Shown here one piece after another: positions 13,351-21,595 of a stretch of 37,533 bases of DNA; the first letter of the stretch is position 1; each line of letters opens with the position of its first letter. The DNA lies in the sequence record SRR20825006_248; one strand, given 5' to 3'. Made by a program: the position numbers and the translations under genes. Below the pieces are notes generated by a model, which was not told the origin of the DNA, made no database searches, and saw nothing but the letters and a program-made list of their open reading frames with translations.

Positions 13351-15750
13351 TCAGGCGGCGGGTTTCGGACGAAAGAGGAATACGGCCACAAGGGCAAAAA
13401 CCGCCCCCAAGCCGACGCTCAGCAAAAGTTCATGGTGCGAGGGGGCCTCGGTATAGACCTGTTCGGCCAGCAGCACGGGCAGAATCTGGAACCCCAGAAG
13501 AAAGGCCGAAACAACGGGCAGCCAGCGCCGTTCAGGCACCGGGCGCACCTTGCGGGCCTGACGGGTGATCAGTGCAAAGATCACACCGCTCAGCGCCAGC
13601 AACGCCGCCGCGAACCACGGCACATCGCCATCCACGCCAAAGGTCTCTCCGATGAAGAGCCGCAAGGTTTCAAAAGAATACAGCGGGTCGCCGAAGGTAA
13701 ATACATTCGCCACCGATGCCACCGCCAACGGGATCAGGGCCCCGGTCATGACCAATGTGATCCACGACAGGAACCCGGTCGGGTGTTCCGCAGACACGGT
13801 CTGTTTCGGGGATGCCTTCGCGGTATCCTTGGCGCTGGCGCGCGGCTTGGGCTGCGCCTTTGGTGTTGCCTTGTCGGCCGCCTTTGCCGTTTCGGCGTCG
13901 CGTGTCGAAAGGGTCGTAAACCGTGCAAAGGCGTCCAGGGTCGGGCGCTGTCCGGGTCTGGGGCTCAGCGCCGCGTCGATGGTGTCGAACAACGGCTTGG
14001 GGCCGAACATCGTGGCGGGGATTTTGCGCGCGGCGTCGGCGGCGGGCGGACGACCGGTCAGGCAGGCGAACAGGATCGCGGCAACCGCATAGACATCCGA
14101 TGCCTGCGATACTGCCACATCCGCCGCCAGCAGCTCTGGCGCGACATAGCGGGTCATCGCTGCAGGCACGTCTGCGGCATCTATCTTGGCCGACATCGGC
14201 ACCGGCTCGAAATCCAGGCGCAGCGTCAGATGCTTGCCATCGACCACGGTGAAATGATCCGGTGTCAACAGGCCAAAAGCCTTGTTGCTGCCGTGAAACA
14301 GCCGCGCCTTTTCGATCAGGTCGCGCGCCCAGTCGCGCAGGGTTTCGGGGGCCACCAGCGGTGTCTTGTTCAAAGCACCCGAGTTCTGGCGCGACAATGC
14401 GGTTGCCAGAAAGGCCGTGAGCGAAGGGGCTTTTGCAGGCGCGGCTTTTTCGGAGGCGGATTTGGCATTCTTTGCCTCTGCGGCTTTGGCCCCGTCCCTT
14501 GCCGGAGCCTTTGTGTCCATCATCGCCAGCCATTCGGCGGCCGTCTGACAGCGGTCGGCGATGCGCAGGGACATGCATTTGTCGATGGCCGACAACAGGC
14601 CTTGCGCCTGATCAGGATATTGCCCCGACAGGGGTACGTAGGGGTCCGCCTCGCCGTTTGATTTCATGTGCTGGCGCATGTCCGCGGCGGGCGGCACGTC
14701 CCCGGTGATCACGTGGTACAATGTGCCCGCCAGCGCATAGAGGTCGGTCGCAGGTGTCTGCAAGGCGCCCGAAATATAAAGCTCGTTCGGGGAATAGCCG
14801 TCCTTGACCACAGGATGCGTCGACACGGCACGGCTGGCCTTGGTCACTTCGGCACGCGCCGCGCCAAAGTCGATCAGCATCGGCTGGCTGTTCTCGTCGA
14901 TCATGATGTTGCCGGGCGACACATCGCGGTGCAGCATTCCGGCGTCATGAACCGTGCGCAGCGTGTCCAGCATCGTGCGCGCCAGAAATTCCACGAACTC
15001 GGGCGTCAACGCCTCGCGGTTGTGCTCAAGGTTCCAGTCGATGTCACGGCCGTGCACACGTTCCAGCACCATATAGGCGGTGCCGTTTTCCTCGAAACAG
15101 CCTTTGACACCGACGATATTGGGGTGGTGCAGCTGCGCCAGCACCCGCGCCTCTTTCACGAACAGGCGGATGCACTTGCGCAACGTCGGCTGCTGGTCGC
15201 GGGTCGCGGCGCTGACGCGGGTATCCCGTCGGCGCGAGATCGAGGCAGGAAAGCACTCCTTGATGACAACCGACCGGCCCAGGTTGTCCTCGGCGAAATA
15301 GGTGATGCCGAAACCGCCCGCCGCGATATAGCGTTTGATGGTATACTGCCCGTTGCCCAGCGTCGTGCCGTTGGGCAACTCCTCGCCCAGCTCTTCGTCT
15401 TCCCATTGGTCATCTTCGGCGACGTCCGCGTCACCCGAAGGTGCGTAGTCGGCATTGGACGCATGATGAACGCGCCCTTCACTGTCCAGTTCGGCCCCCT
15501 CTTCGGCCTGCACCACGTAAAAGGCGACGGCGGGGCTGTCTATGGTTTGACCCACGGCCAGAAACGGATGCACAAATCCGTCATAGGGCGCCTTCAGGCC
15601 AATGCGGCGTCCGTTGGCATCGCGCAACTCATAAGCGATGGACCCCTTGGGCACCCACATCTGTTCGGAAATGCGGCATTGCGAGATTTCGACCGGATAA
15701 ATGACCGATTGGGCCCGTGGAGTTGAGACCTTTCGCCAGTTTTCAAACAC
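13351..15750 (-). CDS. Hanks-type Ser/Thr protein kinase with a second degenerate kinase lobe and about 4 C-terminal TM helices
   Basis: AGGFGITY, VVIKE, EARVL, HRDVSPGN, DFG, GYSPNE, TDLYALA. Second lobe RYVAPE/SDVYAVAAILF..LTGRPP. The GTG start is uncertain. Confidence 0.92.
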   Translation of the reverse strand: MFENWRKVSTPRAQSVIYPVEISQCRISEQMWVPKGSIAYELRDANGRRIGLKAPYDGFVHPFLAVGQTIDSPAVAFYVVQAEEGAELDSEGRVHHASNADYAPSGDADVAEDDQWEDEELGEELPNGTTLGNGQYTIKRYIAAGGFGITYFAEDNLGRSVVIKECFPASISRRRDTRVSAATRDQQPTLRKCIRLFVKEARVLAQLHHPNIVGVKGCFEENGTAYMVLERVHGRDIDWNLEHNREALTPEFVEFLARTMLDTLRTVHDAGMLHRDVSPGNIMIDENSQPMLIDFGAARAEVTKASRAVSTHPVVKDGYSPNELYISGALQTPATDLYALAGTLYHVITGDVPPAADMRQHMKSNGEADPYVPLSGQYPDQAQGLLSAIDKCMSLRIADRCQTAAEWLAMMDTKAPARDGAKAAEAKNAKSASEKAAPAKAPSLTAFLATALSRQNSGALNKTPLVAPETLRDWARDLIEKARLFHGSNKAFGLLTPDHFTVVDGKHLTLRLDFEPVPMSAKIDAADVPAAMTRYVAPELLAADVAVSQASDVYAVAAILFACLTGRPPAADAARKIPATMFGPKPLFDTIDAALSPRPGQRPTLDAFARFTTLSTRDAETAKAADKATPKAQPKPRASAKDTAKASPKQTVSAEHPTGFLSWITLVMTGALIPLAVASVANVFTFGDPLYSFETLRLFIGETFGVDGDVPWFAAALLALSGVIFALITRQARKVRPVPERRWLPVVSAFLLGFQILPVLLAEQVYTEAPSHHELLLSVGLGAVFALVAVFLFRPKPAA

Positions 15751-15774
15751 GTCAATCGCCTATTGGTTTTTTGC

Positions 15775-15837
15775 GGTCTTTGAGCAAAGACCTGCCAGAA
15801 TAGACGTAGGTTAAAAGACGTAGTTGCGAGATGTAAA
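15775..15837 (-). promoter_or_regulatory. Candidate sigma70-type promoter with operator-like repeats upstream of the kinase operon
   Basis: Minus strand TTTACA-N18-TAACCT (15837-15808). Direct repeat AGACGTAG at 15802 and 15816. Palindrome GGTCTTTG-AG-CAAAGACC at 15775-15792. Confidence 0.35.
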
Positions 15838-15898
15838 GCGTAAATCCCGACGCAAACAGTGGAAATTCATAGGGAAATTTGCACCTTTGCCGTGTACC

Positions 15899-17527
15899 TC
15901 AGGTCTTCACGTCGGGGGCGGTGCGCCCTGTCAAAGCAGGCAGATCGCTGATTTCAAGCGCCGCCTGGCGCACCTGATCCAGCACTTGATCCACAGGGGC
16001 GGTGTGATCTCCGGTGCCCATGAACTGCTCAAGGTAAAGCCGGATGGTCGCCCCTTCGGTGCCGGTGCCCGAAAGGCGGAACACGGCGCGCGCGCCGCCC
16101 TCGAAGAACAAGCGGATGCCCTGAGCGGCACTTGTCGATCCGTCGACGGGATCGGTGTAGGCGAAATCGTCTGCCTTTGTGACCGTCAGCCCGACAAAGC
16201 TCTGCCCCGCCAAAGTGTCCAGTTGATCGCGCAGATGGGCCATCATCGCCGCGGCGCGCGCGCTTTCGACTGCTTCGTAGTCATGACGCGCATAGTAATT
16301 GCGCCCGAACCGCTGCCAATGATCGGCCTGAACCTGCGCCACGGTCATGTCGCGTGCAGCCAGAATGTTCAGCCACAGCAAAACCGCCCAAAGACCGTCT
16401 TTCTCGCGCACGTGATGCGATCCGGTGCCGGCGCTTTCTTCGCCGCAGATGGTCACGCGGCCCGCGTCCAGCAGCGTGCCGAAGAACTTCCAGCCCGTCG
16501 GCGTCTCAAAACACGGGACCCCCAACGCCTCGGCCACCCGGTCGGCGGCGGCGCTGGTGGGCATGGAGCGGGCAATGCCCGCGATCCCGTCCCGGTAGGC
16601 CGGTGCAAGATGGGCGTTGGCCGCCAACATCGCCAAACTGTCCGAGGGGGTGATATAGGTGCCCTTCCCCACAATCATGTTGCGGTCACCGTCGCCATCC
16701 GAGGCTGCGCCCATGTCGGGCGCTGCGTCTGACAGCATCAGGTCCATCAGGTCCTTGGCCCAGATCGGGTTCGGATCGGGGTGACCCTTGCCGAAATCCT
16801 CGGACGGGATGCCGTTGACGACGGTCCCCTCGGCCGCGCCCAGCGTATCCTCGAGGATCGCGTGGGCGTATGGTCCCGTGACCGCGTGCATGGCATCAAA
16901 GCGCATGGTGAACCCGCCCGCAAACAGCGCGCGGATCGCGTCAAAATCGAACAGGCTGGCCATCAGGTCGCTGTAGTCGGCCACAGGATCCACCACGTCG
17001 ATGACCATATCGCCGATCTGCGTCTGACCAACCGTGTCGAGGTTCACATCCTCCACATCGGCCACATCATAGCTCTGGATCGCCAGCGTCGCGTCGTAGA
17101 TCCTGGCCGTCAGCGCCTCGGACGCAGGGCCGCCGTTGGCCGCGTTGAACTTCAGGCCAAAGTCCGCGTCGATGCCGCCGGGGTTGTGGCTGGCCGACAG
17201 GATGAAACCGCCATCGGCACCGTTCAGGCGGATCAGGTGCGAGGCTGCGGGGGTCGACAGCAAACCGCCCTGCCCCACGATGACCCTTGCAGCGCCCTGG
17301 GCTGCGGCCATTTTCAGGATCGTGTGAATGGCCTCACGGTTGAAGAATCGACCGTCCCCGCCCAGCACAAATGATTTGCCCGAGCCACCGCCAATCGCGG
17401 TGAAGGTCGCCGCTACGTAATTTTCCAGATAATGCGGCACCATGAAGCTGCGCGTCTTTTTGCGAAGGCCCGAAGTTCCCGGTTTTTGGTCATTGAAAGC
17501 GGTGGTGGAAATCGTCTTAACTGTCAT
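15899..17527 (-). CDS. pgm: Phosphoglucomutase (alpha-D-glucose phosphate-specific)
   Basis: QKPGTSGLRKK, catalytic ASHNPGG, metal loop DGDGDRN, CGEESAG and FRLSGTG..GATIRLY. Confidence 0.96.
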   Translation of the reverse strand: MTVKTISTTAFNDQKPGTSGLRKKTRSFMVPHYLENYVAATFTAIGGGSGKSFVLGGDGRFFNREAIHTILKMAAAQGAARVIVGQGGLLSTPAASHLIRLNGADGGFILSASHNPGGIDADFGLKFNAANGGPASEALTARIYDATLAIQSYDVADVEDVNLDTVGQTQIGDMVIDVVDPVADYSDLMASLFDFDAIRALFAGGFTMRFDAMHAVTGPYAHAILEDTLGAAEGTVVNGIPSEDFGKGHPDPNPIWAKDLMDLMLSDAAPDMGAASDGDGDRNMIVGKGTYITPSDSLAMLAANAHLAPAYRDGIAGIARSMPTSAAADRVAEALGVPCFETPTGWKFFGTLLDAGRVTICGEESAGTGSHHVREKDGLWAVLLWLNILAARDMTVAQVQADHWQRFGRNYYARHDYEAVESARAAAMMAHLRDQLDTLAGQSFVGLTVTKADDFAYTDPVDGSTSAAQGIRLFFEGGARAVFRLSGTGTEGATIRLYLEQFMGTGDHTAPVDQVLDQVRQAALEISDLPALTGRTAPDVKT

Positions 17528-17760
17528 AGCGGGCGGCCTTTTGCGGCGTCAGTGTACCCGTCAACTTGTCACGTGCGGGCGGCCTGTTGTCAACGCAACG
17601 TAAACGCGAAGTTTTCCCCATCGGCGGTTTTTCTGACCTTACGTCGCAGCGAAACGCAATTCCATTCTGCGGTATTGGCAGTGCGTTCTTTTGGGCCTAG
17701 GGTTGACCCTGAGGAACCGGGAAGGAGGAAGTCCCGGTCCACAAAAATGGGAGGATTCAC

Positions 17761-17805
17761 ATGGCCGTTTCCATGTACGCAAGCCGCACGGCGGGCCTGC
17801 GATGA
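17761..17805 (+). CDS. Possible 14-aa upstream ORF/leader (MAVSMYASRTAGLR)
   Basis: GGGAGG RBS 6 nt before ATG 17761. Its TGA overlaps the ligase ATG (ATGA, 17802-17805). Confidence 0.35.
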   Translation: MAVSMYASRTAGLR

Positions 17806-19502
17806 CTGCTATGAGCTATGATCAGGCCGCGGCCCATGTGACCGCCACCAACCCGACCTTCGAGCTGACCACCACCAATATTCGTGGCGTCGATTACACC
17901 GTATACAAGAATATTCCCGGAGATGTTGCCGCCATGATGCGCAACAGCCGCGAAGCGATGGACAACGGAGCGGCGGAGTATCTGGTGTTCGAGGGTGAAC
18001 GCTGGACCTATGATGCATTCATTGGCGATGTGAACCGGCTGGCCCATGTGCTGGCGACGCGGTTTGGCGTGACGCGGGGCACGCGGGTGGCGCTGGCCAT
18101 GCGCAACAGCCCCGAATTGCTGCTGGGCATGATGGCGATTGCTTCGCTTGGCGGTGTTGTGGTGTTCCTGAACGGTTGGTGGACCACCGAAGAGTTGGAC
18201 TATGCCCTGCAAGACAGCGCGGCCAAGCTGGTTCTGGCCGATGGCGACCGCGCCGCACGGCTGGCCCCGATCGAACAGGCGCTGGGGCTGACGATCATCG
18301 GCACGCGCGATGCGCAAACGCCGCTGCGCTACACCGATCTGATGCAGGGTCTGGGCGAAGTCGCGGCACCTGATGTCACCATCGACACCGACGACGACTT
18401 TGCGATCATGTATTCCTCGGGGACCACCGGCAAACCCAAGGGTGTGGTGCAAACCCACCGCGGCGTTGTGAATGCCGTTTATTCATGGCTGCTGACATTT
18501 GTCATGGGCCCGCTGATCGACCCGCCCGAGGACCCCGACGCCGTGGCTCCGCGCCCTGCCGTGTTGATCGTCACACCGCTGTTCCATGTGACCGCCACCC
18601 ATCCAAGCTTTATGCTGAGCATGCCCGCGGGTGCCAAGATCGTGGTGATGCCCAAGTGGGACGCACGCAAGGCGGTCGAGTTGATCCGCGACGAAAAGAT
18701 CACGCGGTTTCTGGGGGTGCCGACACAGTCCGCCGATCTGGTGGTGGCTGCCCGCGAAATGGGCGAGGAGTTGCCGTTGTTGACCTATATCGGCAGCGGC
18801 GGGGCCAAACGGCCCGCGGCACAAGTGGCCGAGATTGCGGGTACATTCAAGAATGCAGCCGTCGCAACCGGCTGGGGCATGACCGAAACCAATGCCATCG
18901 GCATCGGCATGCTGGGGGACGAATACCTTGAGCGTCCCGGCGCGGTTGGTCGCTTGTACCCCGCGGTTCAGGAGCTTCAGTTTCTGGATGATGCGGGCCA
19001 CCCCGTCGCCGTGGGCGAAGTGGGCGAGATCACTGTCAAAAGCCCCTGCAACATGCGTGAATACCTGAACAAGCCCGAAGCCACCGCCGAAGTGCTGAAA
19101 GATGGCTGGCTGCGGTCCGGCGATCTGGGTTTCATTGACGCCGAGGGCATTGTCACCATCGTGGACCGCAAGAAAAACATCATCATCCGTGGCGGCGAGA
19201 ACATCGCCTGTCTGGACGTCGAGGGCGCGTTGCACCGCCATCCCGCCGTGGCCGAGGCCTGTGTGTTCAGCGTCCCGCACGACCGTCTGGGCGAGGTTGT
19301 GGGCGCGGCTGTTCAGTTGCGACCCGGGCAGACCGCTGACGAGGAAGACCTGAAAGCATTCCTGCGCGATCACATCGCCAAATTCAAAGTGCCCGAGCAT
19401 TTCTGGTTCCAGTCCGAGCCGTTGACCCGTGGCACCACCGACAAGATTGACCGCCGCGCCCTGCAAGCTGCGTGTCTGGGAAAGGACAAAGCACATGTCT
19501 GA
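17802..19502 (+). CDS. Long-chain-fatty-acid CoA ligase (class I adenylate-forming enzyme)
   Basis: YSSGTTGKPKG, GWGMTET, WLRSGD, DRKKNIIIRGGENI, TDKIDR. Start is 17802 or 17811. Confidence 0.92.
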   Translation: MTAMSYDQAAAHVTATNPTFELTTTNIRGVDYTVYKNIPGDVAAMMRNSREAMDNGAAEYLVFEGERWTYDAFIGDVNRLAHVLATRFGVTRGTRVALAMRNSPELLLGMMAIASLGGVVVFLNGWWTTEELDYALQDSAAKLVLADGDRAARLAPIEQALGLTIIGTRDAQTPLRYTDLMQGLGEVAAPDVTIDTDDDFAIMYSSGTTGKPKGVVQTHRGVVNAVYSWLLTFVMGPLIDPPEDPDAVAPRPAVLIVTPLFHVTATHPSFMLSMPAGAKIVVMPKWDARKAVELIRDEKITRFLGVPTQSADLVVAAREMGEELPLLTYIGSGGAKRPAAQVAEIAGTFKNAAVATGWGMTETNAIGIGMLGDEYLERPGAVGRLYPAVQELQFLDDAGHPVAVGEVGEITVKSPCNMREYLNKPEATAEVLKDGWLRSGDLGFIDAEGIVTIVDRKKNIIIRGGENIACLDVEGALHRHPAVAEACVFSVPHDRLGEVVGAAVQLRPGQTADEEDLKAFLRDHIAKFKVPEHFWFQSEPLTRGTTDKIDRRALQAACLGKDKAHV

Positions 19503-20268
19503 ATTCGTCACCACCGAGGTCCGTGGTCCGATCCTGATCGTGACCATGAACCGCCCCGAGGTTTACAACGCCGTGCATCCGCCGATGCATATGGAAATGG
19601 ACGCGATCTGGAACGATTTCCGTGACAACAACGACCTGTGGGTCGCCGTGCTGACCGGTGCGGGCGACAAGGCGTTCTCGGCGGGCAATGACCTGAAATA
19701 CAGCGCCTCCGGCAAGGGCGGCAAGATCCCCGACAGCGGCTTTGCCGGGCTCAGCAAACGGTTCGATCTGGACAAGCCGGTGATTGCCGCCGTCAACGGA
19801 TTTGCCATGGGCGGCGGATTTGAAACCGCGCTGGCCTGCGACATCATCATCGGGGCGGACAATTCCACCTATGCGCTGCCCGAGGTCAAGGTCGGCTTTT
19901 TCGCCGCCACCGGTGGCGTGCAGCGTCTGTCACGTTTCATGTCGCGGACCAAGGCGAACGAACTGCTGTTCACAGGCCGCCACATGGACGCAACCGAGGC
20001 GCTGGGCCACGGCATCCTGAACGCGGTTGTGCCGCAGGCCGAACTGATGGACGCCGCCATGAAGATGGCCGAGGACATTGCATCACAATCACCCTCGTCC
20101 GTGCGCGCCACCAAACGTGTGCTGAACGAAATGGCCCGCGCCGAGGGTTTGGATGACAGCCTGGCCTACAGCTACGAGGTGCTGGGCGGGTTGATGAAAA
20201 CCGAAGATCACCGCGAGGGCGTCACCGCCTTTGTCGAGAAACGCAAACCCAATTGGGTCAACCGATAG
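19495..20268 (+). CDS. Enoyl-CoA hydratase (CaiD-like crotonase)
   Basis: AFSAGNDLK, AAVNGFAMGGGFE and LPEVKVG, so both catalytic glutamates are present. AAGGA RBS; overlaps the ligase stop. Confidence 0.92.
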   Translation: MSEFVTTEVRGPILIVTMNRPEVYNAVHPPMHMEMDAIWNDFRDNNDLWVAVLTGAGDKAFSAGNDLKYSASGKGGKIPDSGFAGLSKRFDLDKPVIAAVNGFAMGGGFETALACDIIIGADNSTYALPEVKVGFFAATGGVQRLSRFMSRTKANELLFTGRHMDATEALGHGILNAVVPQAELMDAAMKMAEDIASQSPSSVRATKRVLNEMARAEGLDDSLAYSYEVLGGLMKTEDHREGVTAFVEKRKPNWVNR

Positions 20269-20290
20269 AAATTGAAAGAGAGGGCCGAAC

Positions 20291-21595
20291 ATGGCAAAAT
20301 CAACTCCGGAAATGAACAACCTTGAGATGTCCGAGGGCAACAAGCCGTTGCTGAACGCGGTCATCCGTCACATCCGTGACAACGTCGATCCGATCACCGA
20401 AGAATTCTATCGTCTGGGCGAAGGCCGCGCCGATCGCTGGTCCTATGCGCCGGGTCAGCTGGAGCTGCTGGAAAGCGTCAAGCAAAAGGCCCGTGACGCG
20501 GGGCTGTGGAACTTTTTCCTGCCCAACGCCGAAACTGGCGAAGGCCTGTCGAACCTGGATTACGCCTATATTGCCGCCGAGCTGGGCAAAAGCCCGCTGG
20601 CACCCGAAACCCTGAACTGCTCGGCGCCCGATACCGGCAACATGGAAGTGTTGGAACGTGTCGGCACCCAAGCGCAAAAAGACAAATGGCTGAAACCGCT
20701 GTTGGCCGGTGAAATCCGTTCGGCCTTTGCGATGACCGAACCCGATGTCGCCTCGTCGGACGCCAAGAACATCTCGACCTCCGCCGTGCTGGAAAACGGC
20801 GAATGGGTCATCAACGGCGAGAAATATTATATCTCGGGTGCGGGCGATCCGCGCTGCAAGATCATGATCGTTATGGTCAAAACCTCGCCCGACGCGGAAA
20901 CCTTCCGCCAGCAAAGCCAGATCCTTGTGCCCATCGACACCCCCGGTGTTGAAATCCTCGGGCCCATGCATGTCTTTGGCCATGACGACGCGCCGCACGG
21001 TCACATGCACATCAAGTTCACCAACGTCCGCGTGCCCGAGGAAAACATCCTGTGGGGCGAAGGCCGTGGCTTTGAAATCAGCCAGGTGCGCCTTGGACCG
21101 GGCCGTATCCACCACTGCATGCGTTCGATCGGTCAGGCGGAAAAAGCGCTGGACCTGCTGATGGACCGCGCGATCAACCGCAAGGCCTTTGGCAAGCGGA
21201 TCGTCGACCTTGGCAAGAACATGGAAACCATCAGCCGCGCACGGATCGAGATCGAGGCGATGCGCCTGATGGTTCTGAAAGCGGCCAAGGCGATGGACGT
21301 GCTGGGCAACAAAGAGGCCCGCATCTGGGTCAGCATGATCAAGGCGATGGTGCCCGAAAAGGTCTGCCAGATCATCGACCAATCCATGCAGGTGCACGGT
21401 GCCACAGGTCTGTCGCAATGGTCGCCTTTGGCAAATATGTACACCGGCCAGCGCACGCTGCGCTTTGCGGACGGTCCCGATGAGGTACACCACCACGTCG
21501 TCGCCCGTGCCGAAGTGGCCGAGTTCCAGGAAAGCAACGAACGTCAGCTTGCCGCGCACGGCAAGACCCAGGGCAAGGTGTTTTCGGGACCATGA
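20291..21595 (+). CDS. Acyl-CoA dehydrogenase, ACAD10/11-like subfamily
   Basis: GLWNFFLP, NCSAPDTGNMEVL, FAMTEPDVASSDA, RLGPGRIHHCMR, LRFADGPDEVH. Confidence 0.93.
   Translation: MAKSTPEMNNLEMSEGNKPLLNAVIRHIRDNVDPITEEFYRLGEGRADRWSYAPGQLELLESVKQKARDAGLWNFFLPNAETGEGLSNLDYAYIAAELGKSPLAPETLNCSAPDTGNMEVLERVGTQAQKDKWLKPLLAGEIRSAFAMTEPDVASSDAKNISTSAVLENGEWVINGEKYYISGAGDPRCKIMIVMVKTSPDAETFRQQSQILVPIDTPGVEILGPMHVFGHDDAPHGHMHIKFTNVRVPEENILWGEGRGFEISQVRLGPGRIHHCMRSIGQAEKALDLLMDRAINRKAFGKRIVDLGKNMETISRARIEIEAMRLMVLKAAKAMDVLGNKEARIWVSMIKAMVPEKVCQIIDQSMQVHGATGLSQWSPLANMYTGQRTLRFADGPDEVHHHVVARAEVAEFQESNERQLAAHGKTQGKVFSGP

Noticed and set aside
10145-15750. Type VI secretion regulatory cluster (ppkA-pppA-fha)
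   Set aside because: No TssB/C, Hcp, VgrG, ClpV or TssJLM in the window, and the domain architectures differ. Action in trans on a distant T6SS cannot be excluded.
10145-15750. Straight assignment as a TerY-P / YegLKI defence triad
   Set aside because: It shares vWA, PP2C and kinase, but the vWA is exported and fused to TM-FHA rather than being a small soluble TerY, and five additional genes are present. Kept only as an analogy.
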